Assembly (NCBI GenBank): GCA_030390025.1
Contig: CM059432.1
Span: 81,656,001-81,720,000 of the forward strand
Length of the DNA: 64,000 nucleotides
Origin: Squalus acanthias
Lineage: Eukaryota
Direction: 5' to 3'
A program made the translations under genes and the position numbers. Positions 14,251 through 26,416 of the stretch are shown piece after piece. Below the pieces are notes generated by a model that was given only the letters and a program-made list of their open reading frames with translations, ran no database searches and was not told where the DNA came from. Positions within the stretch are counted from its first letter, which is position 1, and each line of letters begins with the position of its first letter.

Positions 14251-15144
14251 GGGGGAGAAATTCAGTATCACCCCATTTGGGGCGCAATTATCGGCCGGGC
14301 GCAAAGATTAGCGCCTGGCGCTAATTATCGCCACCGACTGCAAACTTGACTTTTAACGCCCCTGGAGGTGATTGGAGCGCTAAATCAGGTGATACACACC
14401 TGTCTTAAGGCGCAAATGCCGAGGAGCGAGGCGCTACCTCAGAGCGCTGGCGAAGCTCATGTAATGTCAGTCAGCAATGGAACACACACACAATGGCACG
14501 GGCCAGTTCTTAAAGGGGATGGTTAATCTTGCTTTCCATCCACATCCTGCTCATTGCAGCCTTGAATCTCGGCCTGGAGAGACCTGCACATCAAATGTGC
14601 TGGAAAGAACAATGGAGAGTACCAGGCAAAGAGCTCAGAGTGCAGCCCCCACAGTCTCTGCTAAATCGATACAAGGAATGGCAAATCAAAATGAACCTGC
14701 AAAGTGCTGCTCAGTACCCAAAACTCCTTCACACAACGTTGAATCTCTCCAGAAATCTCTCCCCCTCTCTCTCTCAGAATGCGTAGTTCAAAAATGGCAC
14801 CAACAATAAAAGGCAGGAAGCGGACACCTTTAAATAGCGCTCCCCCTTTCCCTTCATGACTGCAGAACACTCCCCTCAACCTGTTGTTGCTGGCGTCAGG
14901 CGGTAAGGCAGGGGGCGCCACTCAATATCCGCTCCGGGGCAATACCGGGGCGTTGTGCACTCGAGTGACGTCATGATCTGCCGGCGCAGGAGATCGTGGC
15001 GGTAGTGTTTAGCGCCGCCGCAAAATGTCTAGTTAATTTCGCGAGCGGCGCAAACTTCGCCGCGCCTGGGCGCTAGATGCTTTGCGCCCCATTAGCGCCC
15101 TCTTAAGGCGCTAACGGGAGGCGCAACCAACTGAATTTTCCCCC
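14251..15144. mobile_element. Second family A Harbinger-type element, opposite orientation to 11286-13025
   Basis: Ends GGGGGAGAAATTCAG...CTGAATTTTCCCCC with TSD AAA. It splits the CR1 endonuclease start (LKA|LCLNAR). The internal sequence is the reverse complement of the first copy minus its nested MITE. Confidence 0.9.
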
Positions 15145-15448
15145 AAAGCCTTCAGTCTTGTTTTTTTCACACTCTTAGACATTTTAGAATTATTATTTAC
15201 TGTGGCCATGTTTGATTTACACCCTTGATTTCTCTGACTGCCACGTTTGCTTATCTCCTTCCTGTCTTTTGCTTCTATCCTTGCTTCCCTTTCCTCTGTC
15301 TCCCTGCACATGTTCCCAACCCCCTGCCATTTTAGTTTAAACCCTCCCCAACAGCACTAGCAAACACTCCCCCTAGGACATCAGTCCCAGTCCTGCCCAG
15401 GTGCAAACCATCCAGTTTGTACTGGTCCCAGCTCCCCCAGAACCAGAA

Positions 15449-15705
15449 CTCCCTCTCCCACCACTTTATACTCTCTCTCTCCTCTCTCTCTCTCCCACCA
15501 CTTTATACTATCTCTCTCTCTCCCACCGCTTTATACTCTCTCTCTCTCTCCCATCACTTTCTACTCTCTCTCTCTCCCACCACTTTATACTCTCTCTCTC
15601 TCTCTCCCACCACTTTATACTCTCTCTCTCCCACCACTTTATACTCTCTCTCTCTCCCACCACTTTATACTCTCTCTCTCTCTCTCTCCCACCACTTTAT
15701 ACTCT
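15449..15705. repeat. Distal remnant of the CCACCACTTTATAC(TC)n satellite
   Basis: Same unit as 1-9620, about 9 copies. Confidence 0.95.
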
Positions 15706-16194
15706 GTTTTGTCCTTCTTCATTGATGAGAGGAATGTAGGCTTCAAGAAGTTTCTGGAACAAATTTTCCAAATGGTAAATCTACAGCCAGGAAATCTGGC
15801 CAATTAGTTTGAATCATCCGCCCCATATTTATTTGGGCTGGAAAAGTATTCTATAGTCCAAAATTTAGTCCACTTGGCAATCATGTCCACCAATGACTTT
15901 AGTCTTCTGCTACAGGTAAAGCAGAGAGCTATCCAGCTCAGGTTCAAAAACTTCACAATCTCCAAGACAGAGTGCAATTTTTCTTGAATTGTTTTTTTAC
16001 ATATATAATGTAATCTGTTGTCAGCAATTTTTCTATTACTATGCCTGTCACTGTTAGTATGAATGCTTGCAACCCATAGCCTCGCCATACACTTAATGGT
16101 ACGTTCACCACAGGGACTTTGTTGAACTCCTACACTTGGTCAGTCACAGCAGGGACTTCATACTGGGTAGACCCGACCTTCTTAGAGAGCTGAT

Positions 16195-16412
16195 AGCTGG
16201 GGAGTTGTCCTGGCCAATATTTACCCCTCAACCAATGCCACTAACACAGATTATCTGGTTGCGTATCTCATTACTGTTTTTGAGACCTTGCTGTGTGCAA
16301 ATGACGACCAAATTTCCCCACAATACAACAATGACTACATTTCAAAAGTACTAAAGCATTTAGAATGTCTGAGATAGTGAAAGGCACTGAATAGATGCAA
16401 GTTCTTTCTTTT
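16195..16412 (+). mobile_element. DeuSINE-like fragment (Deu domain plus L2-type tail)
   Basis: GTCCTGGCCAATATTTACCCCTCAACCAA...CAGATTATCTGG...GACCTTGCTGTGTGCAAAT resembles the Deu core. It ends ...GATGCAAGTTCTTTCTTTT. Confidence 0.7.
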
Positions 16413-17324
16413 CTTCATTTCAATATCAGTAGACAAGATCTTCTCCCGTTGTGATAGATGATTCAGCAGAGTGCGCTGGATGGATAAGGCCAGCTGGAAA
16501 TTGTCTTGAAAACTAAGTGAAAATCTGCCAAAAGCACTTGTTCAAAAGTACTTCTTTCTCACAGCCTGGAAGGCAACTCCTATGTCATAACTGTAACAGT
16601 ACGTAGTCATCCCAGTGGTTATGCTAGTACTGTGTTTACTGGCACCTTCCAGCTGTAATTTGTGTGGCCAGTGGGAGGGCGGTAGTTTACATAGGGCAGT
16701 CGGCACAAGCACCATTATGGGCACATTTCTAGCAACCCCTGCCCTTGAAGGGGGAGCTGCCTATGCCCCCCACCTCAGCCATGTCCCTCTCAGACCCCTA
16801 TGTAAGTCCCCACCACTGACTCTGCCCCCTGATTGACATTTGCCTAAACCAAGAGGCCCGAGGATCGATAGAAATTGGTTCTCGGGCCTCATCTGAATAA
16901 CTAGGGCAACCTGGTCGCACCTTCACAGGCAGCTCGCCTCACTGAGCTCCAAACTGATTTACTTTTTTTAAGAGATTGAACTATTTTGCTTCGATAGTTC
17001 AGTTAATTTTTTTGCCTTCTTTAGGGTGTCCCATGCTCCAATACTTCCTGGCCAGGAAAACAGGCAAGCAGGTTATTCCCAGGCTCCTTTTTTGGCACTG
17101 CTATGCCACATCCAGCCATTAGAGCAGGTGGGTGAATTTCTCCAAGGCTTCTCCCGTCACCATAACTTCTGCAAAAGTTCAGCAGAGGTTCTGTTTACAA
17201 CGGATTGGGAAAAAGCCCAAGGAAATTCACTCACCCAGGTTTCCCACTATTCCTGTGAGAAGGCGCTTCTGATGCATCAATTAAGATCAGGCACTTACCA
17301 TATGAGGAATTTTTGGTATATTAA

Positions 17325-17432
17325 AAAAGGAAAGAAAGACTTGCATTTATATAGCACCTTTCATGACCACCGGACTTCCCAAAGTGCTTTACAGCCAATG
17401 AAGTGCTTTTGGAGTGTAGTCGCTGTTGTAAT
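17325..17432 (-). mobile_element. DeuSINE/L2-type 3' tail fragment
   Basis: AAAGAAAGACTTGCATTTATATAGCACCTTTCATGAC...CCCAAAGTGCTTTACAGCCAATGAAG is the reverse complement of the tail type at 16330-16410. Confidence 0.65.
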
Positions 17433-19511
17433 GTGTAGTGTCCCAGAAGCCAAAGAGTGTCACCAAAATATTAGAGACAGAAAGAAGTTACACTTCTTTC
17501 ATAGCCTCAGGACATCACAAAGCACTTCACAGACAATTAAGTATTTTTGAAGTTAAGCAAAATGTTTTGAACCTTTATACATAGTCCCTAATCTGGCTAG
17601 ATTCTCCTGAATTTTACTTTGGTTGATTTGTAGCTCTCCTGTAGATACTGTCAGATACTCTCTAACAGCTGTTGCTAACTGCCTACAGCTAATACACAAA
17701 GAGGGAAGTGAGGATTGTTACGTGGTGCTCAGTGAAAAGATAAAAATATGGGGATAGAAATCCATGGGAGTTCTGCCTGCCTCATGCCCTAACTCCAACG
17801 GGAGGTTAGTGGAACCCCACTGGGCAACAACGGAGAACTGGTTGTGATGGGTCTCTGCTGATTCAAACATGCCTTGTATTTTTCTGGATACAATCATTCT
17901 TAATCTTGGTAGGGAGATAGTGAAATATGTTTTCCTTTCTGGGTTGGGTCTTCAACATGCAGATATTTATAGGTTAAACCTTGACTACTCACTGACTGAT
18001 TGACCGACTTGAAGATTAAAAGCCTCAGACACCACTCATGAAATGCCTCACTGCATGGTAGAACCATCCCTATGTAAACTCTGCTTGACAGGATGTTGTC
18101 AGTAATTTTTTTCTCACTTTGCTACAGCTGGTTCGAACTTGTCGATCTAAGAATTCTTCAACTTTTGTTAATACTTCAGCCATAAAATAACGTACCATTG
18201 CAGTCAGATAATAGTTTCTCCTTTCTCGGGCAGCATGGCTTTGATTTCCACACAAACCCAGGCATGATGCAGTGGGTGCCACTGATCAGAGGCAGCAGAG
18301 GGAAAACTGTTGGAAAATCTCTCCCAGGATGCTGTAGCATGTCTTCTGATGGGCGTCGAAGAGTCGTTCAGGCAGTGGCCTAACAGAAAGCTGCCTGGCC
18401 TACCATCTCTGATGTAGATCGTGCATAACATTGGGGAGAAAGATGGCGAGCCAATGAGGAGAGAAAGTAGAGGACAATTAGGGGATGTGTCCATACAGCA
18501 GATATAAGAAAAAATTCTCTTCATAGTTTCCATTGTTTTTCTGTAAGGTCCATTCATCCCATAGATGTCATTATGCACTCCCATCACTAGTCAATTTGTT
18601 TTACTATTTTAATTTCCTGGTTTCAACATTTTCCTGATAGATGTATGCTTGTGGTGGCCTTAACAGAAAGATTTGAGAATAGATTTCTGATCAGCTGTGG
18701 CAATTATGCAGGCACAAGACAACCAAAGGATCACAAAAATAGATCTGCAGACCTGAGGCATGTTTTGAACCGAATTGCATCTTCTTATAATTTTCCAGCT
18801 GGCTGCATTTTGCACATAACACTGGGGAGAAAGATGGTGAGCCAATGAGGAGAGAAAGTAGAGAACAATTAGGGGAAGTGTCAGTACACATTTTGTGCCA
18901 TAATCTTGTTCCTATTTTAGTGCTCTCCAGATACTTTTTCTCATGCCCAGCACAAAGGTCACTTGTACTGGCCAAGAGAAAGCACAGCAGAATACATTAG
19001 ATTACAGAACTATACTTAACTCACAGTCCTTGTTTCAAAATATCAGCACCAGTATCAGACACCCTGATTGAATGGCCTGTTACAACAAACTCACACTCCC
19101 TGCTGGGTCAGTGTTCCAAATAATTAGCTCCATCTCCTTCCTGCAGACCAGTAGTTTTAAACAATTTCTGGACAGACAGACAACTTGTGAGTGGCTACCT
19201 GAAAGCCCACTAACCCGTAACTGATAGTCGCTGTATCAAACAGGCTGTCTTCTCCATTGCAAACTGCCTTAACTCTGGCATTCACTTGCAATCAATAAGA
19301 TGAGAAACTTCCACTATCCATAGCTTGTCTATGGTTACGTGTAATTGTCTCAAATGTAATTGAAAGACGCCAGAGAAGAAAAGGAACTCAAAGTTCCGTT
19401 ATTTACATATCAAGATGCCATAGATGGTAGAAAAGCAGGTCAGAGTAGGGTTTAATTTTAATCACCAGAAAATTAGGAGTATCCTGAATTGGTGCACTGA
19501 TTTAAACATCT

Positions 19512-20218
19512 GGGGCAAAATTGGGTCGCGCCCTCTTTAGGGCGCTAACTTCGCCGAAAAAGTTAACACCCCCGCATCCGAAATCCACTGGTAGCGCCCC
19601 AAGAGGGAGGTGGGGCACTACTGGAAGCGCGCCGCCTCCCTCTTGGGGCGCTGCGAGTGAATATCGCGGCGCTACTTGCCGCAGTACTGCAGGCCTTCCT
19701 CCCCTTATTAAAGGGGAGGGGCCCAGCACAGCGCAACCCGGGGCTCAGCTGGGCCACCAGGGATCAGAGTGCCGACAAAAGAGCCCGGCACTCAAAAGGA
19801 GTGCCGGACTCACGGAGCGCAGCCGGCACCCCATGGGGGGACTGCACAGGAGGCCGGGGACAGCAACGGGGGCAGGTGCTGGCAGGTGGCCAGCAGCAAA
19901 AATGGCCGCCCAGCACCTCCCTTTTAATTTGCGCCGCCCCGGCCGCACCTACGCCCCCCTGACCCTGTCGGACATAGTGTCCGGCGGTAAGTCAGGGGGC
20001 GCTATCGAAGATCGCGGCCGGGGCGTGAGTGGGGCGCTGCGCATGGCGATGACGTCATTGCCGGAGGCGCAGCACCGCGGGCGCTAATGGTTACCACGGT
20101 CGCTAATCTCCCGCTGAATTTCGCGGGAGGCGTTATCGGCGCCGCGCCCAGGCGCTAGTTGCTTTGCGCCCCATTAACGCCCTCTTAACGGGAGGCGCAA
20201 TCAACCAAATTTTCCCCC
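19512..20218. mobile_element. GC-rich Harbinger-type MITE related to family A
   Basis: Ends GGGGCAAAATTGGG...CCAAATTTTCCCC. The right 170 bp is homologous to the end of 11286 (GGGGCGCAAAGCAACTAGCGCC). Many TAGCGCC motifs. Confidence 0.8.
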
Positions 20219-20699
20219 CCTGATTTCCAATCTGTACTCCCATCAAGCAAGGATCCACACCAGGAGTGGCACCTCATCAAATTCACCTCAATCTGTGTAC
20301 TATATTTAAACTGGCTGGGCCCCGCTGTGCACTAACCATATTTAAAGTGATTACAATCTAGGCCAGACCTGCTCTGAGGCAAGCATGGCGAAATTTGTAT
20401 TCAGCTGATTGGTAGACAGGAATCTCTGGAGTCAGTCTACTTATAATAATGTAAATGGTATTCCAGTCAACAAAGGATTATAGAAATATTTACAGGAATG
20501 CAACCACTTAAAAGTAAGTCGCTTTAGATGGGCCAAAATTTGTATCATCCTTCAAAAAGGCTGTGAATAATTCCAAGGTATATTGAGTCTTTCTGAAGGC
20601 TTTTTGGGGCAAAAGGCAACTAGTACATTGGAGGTTAATTTCCACAGAGTTCTCTCACTCGTTCACAGTAACTTCAGCAGACGCGCAGCAGATTCCCCA

Positions 20700-20935
20700 G
20701 AAAAATGGCGTAAACACCACTCCCGCCATTTTTCTGGGCCTCTGAAGCTCTCAAACTCCTTGTTTGATGGCTGGCAAAGTGGATGTACTGTTTCATGAGA
20801 TGCGTGTGAGGAGGACTGACCGGGCAGCATGCCCTCGCAGGAAGTGGTGGCCAGGGTCAACACTAGTTGTACTACCCATAACACCTAAGAACAGATGTTG
20901 AGGAAAATTGCACAACTTTAAGGAAGGTGCCAAGT
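20700..20935 (+). pseudogene. Decayed Harbinger Myb/SANT-like gene remnant
   Basis: Translation across frameshifts gives ...QEVVARVNTSCTTHNT*EQ...RKLHNF, resembling the W-x-x-V-A-x-x-V-N...R-T-x-x-Q-C-R-K-K trihelix motif. Confidence 0.5.
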
Positions 20936-21169
20936 TCGGAGTACACAATGGTTCCATTTACTAGGCACATGGCCCATATGTGCATGCCGCAAAGTGTTGC
21001 TGAGCAACCTCTTGTATATTTAATGCTGGCCAATGCCAAGCACTCACACAACCTTACAGCTCTTTCATTGTTGAACATGCATAGCCATACGGCACATATT
21101 ACAGCTGTCATTTACATTTGTCTCAGTTGTATCTTGCTATGTCTTTGATGTGACCTGATTGCCTTTTGT

Positions 21170-21385
21170 CACACCTCGGCAGATAAACAGTCAGGTTGAT
21201 TTAAATGTAGTCGTCTGCTTTTGTAAGTAACACATGCATTGTTCTCTATCTATATATGCTTTGGCGATTCTGTATCTCTTTACTTCACCTGAGGAAGGGG
21301 CGATCGATAGCTCCGAAAGCTTGTGATTTCAAATAAAACTGTTGGACTATAACCTGGTGTTGTGCGACTTCTCATTTTTGTCATT
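21170..21385 (+). mobile_element. Penelope-like element terminal (pLTR) relic
   Basis: CACCTGAGGAAGG...CTCCGAAAGCTTGTGATTTCAAATAAAACTGTTGGACTATAACCTGGTGTTGTG resembles a vertebrate Penelope-like end with a hammerhead core and AATAAA. Confidence 0.7.
21284..21328 (+). ncRNA. Minimal type I hammerhead ribozyme motif
   Basis: Stem I TCAC/GTGA, core CTGAGGA, stem II GGGG/CTCC (one G-U pair), GAAA, palindromic AAGCTT stem III. Confidence 0.6.
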
Positions 21386-22865
21386 TACAATGTCAGGTCT
21401 TGGCACACTCACAGGTGTAATTTATAGTAGCAAGCTTTGACACACTCACATCTTCACAGGGACTCACTCATAAAAGCAGTATCACACAACCTAGCTGCAT
21501 GGTGCACAATCACTTAACGACACCCAGGATTGGCTGTAGCTTTGGCATGTCTGTCATTATGTATGTGCTTCTCAATTTACCGAATGTCAATCCTACTGGC
21601 TTAGAGTTTCTAGGTTGGAGAGGGAATAGGGCACCCATTGTAATGGGTGGAAGTACTGTCTGTTAGGACTTCTGCCCAAACACTGAAAACACAAATGAGC
21701 CAGCTAAAGGCCTTCATTAGCATGCTGCTTGCATGCCTAAGGCTCCCATACAAATAGAACTAAAGTGGTCGGCATGGATGTACGGTCCCAATGGAAATAT
21801 GCATGGGGCAAATTTCAATGGAGATCAGGCAAGACCGCTAGCTTTGCAATTGGCCAGTTCCTACTCATCCTGCTGGTAGGATGTAACATTGCATTGAAGA
21901 AAAATCACCCTATAGAGTCTTTTATGATTCAAAACAAAATAGATTTGTGATCCATCACAAGCCCTTTACAGTCCCACAATTCATGTAAAAATATTTAAAT
22001 GAATACCAAGTGCCATTTCCTGGCTTTTTTCAGTCTTTCCAAATTTTGTATTAATAGTACATGTATTATTGGAATAACTTTTTGAACTTGTTTTTATTTA
22101 CTCATAACAGTAGATTTGGACTTAAAAACCCGTGGCCCAGCAATTCCAGTACTCACACCTGTAAAGTATCTGCCAGTGACCTCCACCAGTGACCCCACTG
22201 GTGTTTGCAGGATCGGAGGGAGGTCACCTCAAATGACCCTGGTGGATGCCTTGCCCCCACCTCCTGGTGGCAAACTGCGGCAAGTGTTGCCAGTTCCACA
22301 GGGGGTCCGTCCCCAGAATATGTCTCCCCTGATATATAAAAAAAATTGTACCTCTATCTTCAGGACTCTAGGCCACAGTCCTCAGCCTGGAAACCCAAGG
22401 TAGGCCCCACAACCACCATTCAGCAGGCCTATATGCCTCCCTTCATAGGCAGTACCATCTGTCGATCTTGTCCCAACCTGCTCCTAGGCCGGGAAAGCAA
22501 GAACTTCCAACATTTCCAATGAACCTGCTGGCAATATTCGGCTACCTTTGGTACAACAAAACATTAAGTATAAAATAACTAAATGAAGAAAAATACAAAA
22601 AAAATTTAAAAAATCAGAAACCTCCCCTCAAAATAAAAGGAACAAAAGGCAGCACCAAAAAGACCATGGGAAAGTAAAGGCCTGATTTAACCCCTTATGC
22701 CCGACAGGAATAGGGCATGCGGGGGTGGGGGGAGGTTAAAATATCAGATACGTGGTTCTTACCTTGTTCACGTTGCAAAAGTTGGGGTCCAACGGCATTA
22801 TTTGCATCCCAGTGTGATTTTAACATGCAGTCGTCCATGCGGCTCTTTGAAAGAGCAGTCGTGCT

Positions 22866-24650
22866 TAATCCCACATCCCCGCTTTTTGTCCATAACCCTG
22901 TAAGTTCCTCATCCTCAAGTACCTGTCCGACTCCCTTTTAAAATTATTTATGGAATCAGCTTCCACCACCTTTTCAGGTCGAGCGTTCCAGATCCCGACA
23001 ACTCTCTGATTGAAAAAATTTCTCCTCATCTCCCCTCTAGATCTTTTGCCAATGATTTTGAATCTATGACCTCTAGTTATTGACCCACTCACCAGAGGGA
23101 ATAGTTTTTCTCTATCTACTCTATCAAAACCTCTCGTCATCTTGAAAACCTCTATTAGGTCACCTCTGTTCAAAGGAGAACAGTCCTAACCTTTCCAACC
23201 ACTCCTCATAAATGAAGTCCCTCATTCCTAGTAACATCCTGGTAAACCTCCTCTGCACCCTTTTTAAGACCTGACATCTTTCCTGAAGGGTGGTGCTGAG
23301 AATTGCACACAATACTCCAACTGAGGCCTAACCAGTAATTTATAAAGTTCTAGCATGGTCTCTTTGCTTTTATATTCTATTTCTCTATTTATAAACCCAA
23401 GTAACCCATATGCTTTATTAACCACCTTATCAACATGGGAGTGGTGGCATAGTGGTTATGTTACTGGACTAGTAATCCAAATACGTCCTGAACTACTAAT
23501 CCAGCAATTGCAAGTTCAAATCCCACCATGGTAGCTGAAGAACTTAACTTCAGTAAATTAAATACATTTGGAGTAAGGTACTAGTATTAGTAATTGTTGT
23601 AAAATTGTCCTTTAGGGAAGGAAATCTGGCCTATATGTAACTCTAGACTGTCACTCCACAAATGGCCATAAGCAGACCACTCAGTTGTCAAGAAGGTGGC
23701 TCACCACCACCCTCTCAAACAAGGCAATTAGAGATGGGCAATAAATGTTGGCTTTGCCAGTGACATCACATGACTGAATTAAAAAAAACTTGCCCTCCTG
23801 CCTTTAAGGATTTGTGTGTATGGATACCATCTACACTTTTCAAAATCGTGCCATTTGTCTTTCCATATTAGTCATATCCAAAATGCATTGAACTCCATAT
23901 GCCCATTTTGTCATCCTGAAGCCTATAATTATCCTCATCACTATCTCCTACTTTGCCAAGTTTCATATCACCTGCAAACTTTATAATGCTGCTCCCTACA
24001 CCTGAGTCTAGGTCGATTATAAAAATTGCAAAGAGTAATGGACCCAAAAATGACCCTTGGGGAATATCACTGCAAACCACCTCCCAGTCTGTAAAACATC
24101 CATTCACCACCACCCTTTGCTTCCTGCCAACTTTGTATCCATACTGCCACTTTCTACTTAATTCCATGAGCTTCCATCTTCTTAATAAGCCTCTTGTGTG
24201 GCACTTTGTCGAATGCCTTCTGAAAGTCCATGCATACAACATCTACAGCACTACCTTGATCAACCTTCTCTATTACCTCATCAAATAATTCAATCAAGTT
24301 AGTCAGACACGATTTGCCTTTAACAAATCCATGCTGGCTCTCCTTGGTTAACCCATGCTTTTCCAAATGAAAGTTTATTTTGTCCCCGATAATGGTTTCC
24401 AATAACTTCTCCAACACTGATGTTAGGTTAACTGGTCTGTAGTTTCCTGGTTTATCCCTCTCCCCTTTCTTGAATAGTGGTATAACATTAGCAACCCTCC
24501 AGTCCTCCAGCACTACTCCTGTATCCAATGAGGATTGAAAGATTGTGACCAATGCCTCTGTTATTTCTACCTTTGCTTCTTTCAGCAAACTAGGATGCTT
24601 TCCATCTGGACCGGGGGGCTTACCAACTTTCAGTAATACTAATCTTTTTA
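22866..24650 (-). mobile_element. CR1 LINE ORF2 3' fragment (decayed)
   Basis: ORFs 22865-23173 (RGDLIEVFK, TRGHRFK) and 24154-24588 ([33 protein letters not shown]). Confidence 0.9.
23435..23788 (+). mobile_element. tRNA-derived SINE with a LINE-derived 3' tail, inserted in CR1
   Basis: A box TGGCATAGTGG (23445) and B box GTTCAAATCC (23514). Tail GGCAATTAGAGATGGGCAATAAATG followed by poly-A. Flanking AAC duplication. Confidence 0.85.
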
Positions 24651-26007
24651 GATTGGGGCTTGCCCCCTCCTTGACTGTGCTCGCCTGCCAATCTGCCCCT
24701 TATGAGGACATCTCCTAAATTAAATAAAAACAAGGCCCTTAATGAGCCTAGTGTACAATGGGTATGTAGACTCTAAGCACTACAGGTGCTTCGAGTCTCA
24801 ATATGACGCACACTACACATTAGCTGCTTAGAAGGCCTCAGTACTACTCCAGCCAAAGGTCATATTATTGGTCCCATATTTTGTGAGGGTATTTCTCCTT
24901 TTTAAAGTTGTTTTCTCCTTTTCTCCCAATTGAGTTACCTCACACCATGCACCATAGTTTGCTACCAAGCCTGCTCCAATGCTACTCTTAAAACAGACCC
25001 TAAGAGGTGCATAATGATAACCTGAGAGTGACTCTGTCCAATTTTCTCTCCATATCTGTTAGGAAATCCTTGGCATTTTTCCTCTACAATGCAACTGAGA
25101 ATGTGGATTAACTCATGAGAAGAACAATGGGCGCAAATCCAGATCTCATAGCATCATGCATTATTGCACTGTGCTCGCTGACCTACATAGTTGATCTCCT
25201 ATAGCATTGTTCCTGTTTAAAAATTTATAAAAATGTGGCCTTCTATTTCTTTAAGTTAAAATGTAATGATTTTTGCTGAAATAGTTTAAGTATAGGAACA
25301 TTTTTCACTATAAACTTTATTTCGCGAAGCTAATCATTACAAGCCCAAACGGGAAAGCAATGACAAGTGGGATATCTTTCTAGCCGATGAATTATATTTT
25401 CACAGCTACTCAAAGAACATAATATAAGGACTTTGCTTAATTCATCACTTTAAATTGTAAAATTTTGTCATTTACTAACTTGTTACAGTGAATGTTTCAC
25501 AATAGCCTTCCAGTTGCAAGATATGAACTTTCCTTCTTCCAGTAGTGTACACACAGAGGACATGAACACTAGGATTAAGGCACTTCCCAGATATGTACTC
25601 AAACATTTTAGAACTGGAGCTGTTCGAGCACACCATGAAAGTCTCGCTCCTACTGTCTGATGCTTACTCTGCAGCTTCCAATATTTCACTGTTGATTCCG
25701 GGCACTGGTTGCTCCTCTGCCTGTCAGTACCAATTAACTTCATTTCAAGAACCTTATTTGTAAAGCTCTCAACTCCCAGATAAAAATTAATGACACAGTT
25801 AAGGGCGAAAAAAAACCCAAAACCCTCAGAAAGTCAAACTTCTGTTGCCCAGCTTATGTTAAAAAAAATTAAAAGATAGACAAAAATTAAAGTAGGAGAA
25901 ACAAACATTGCTCTTGTGGTTCTGATTGGTCCGTGCTAATCCTGCGATCCTTTGACCATTCAGCAATATTTCAGGCTCACTCCAGTACGACGGATACCCT
26001 GACATAC

Positions 26008-26416
26008 ATTACAATATGAGAGACACGAGGGCTTAAAATTATCTTACCGCCAATGTTTCCTTTAATTTATTTTTTGGGCTTCAACAGGCTGCACAAACCA
26101 TTCAAATTCTCGCGCATGTGGGCTTTTTTCTATTTAAAAGCCGATGCACCGACTGCACAGGAGCTCCAGACAGCTGCGCGGCTGTGCAAACACGCAGCTT
26201 AACGGGAGCATTGCTTAGCGCTATTAGCATAAGCATGATATTCCTCTATCCGCTATATTAATAGAGACATTAACCCGTTTATTTTTTAACAGGTTAACAC
26301 CTTTATTAAAATAGTGAACAGAGGAATTTTACTTGAACCTGTTAAACATTTATACACTAATATAATTTCTATTGCGTTAAGATAATTTCTAGCCCTGGTG
26401 TCTCTCATATTGTAAT
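26008..26416. mobile_element. Inverted-repeat element (Harbinger-like GGGCT(T/A)(A/G)AAATT ends) within an extended palindrome
   Basis: 26008-26050 is the near-perfect reverse complement of 26374-26416. Confidence 0.7.
26051..26213. mobile_element. hAT-type MITE (163 bp)
   Basis: TIR CAATGTTTCCTTTAA / TTAACGGGAGCATTG with 8-bp TSD CTTACCGC / CTTAGCGC (one mismatch). Confidence 0.75.

Larger units (their letters stand above)
9621..15448 (-). mobile_element. CR1-type LINE, 5'-truncated within ORF1, inserted in the satellite
   Basis: Octamer tail ATAGAAAC repeats at 9621. RT fragments ([33 protein letters not shown]) at 10055-11129. APE endonuclease (CLNARTIRNK, GITETW, MGDFN, SDHN) at 13428-14249. 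Satellite resumes at about 15449. Confidence 0.95.

Noticed and set aside
15400..15448. Similar 5' truncation points of two CR1 copies (here and at about 63494)
   Set aside because: Only two copies from different subfamilies, tens of bases apart; insufficient for a hotspot claim.
19502..20087. GC-rich ORFs or a CpG-island promoter
   Set aside because: Entirely within a TIR-bounded MITE; the ORFs reflect GC content.
23435..23530. tRNA gene
   Set aside because: The A and B boxes belong to a SINE head; no complete cloverleaf is evident.
25489..25660. Possible exon after TACTAAC...TTACAG
   Set aside because: Good branch point, but there is no recognisable peptide in any frame and no convincing donor.
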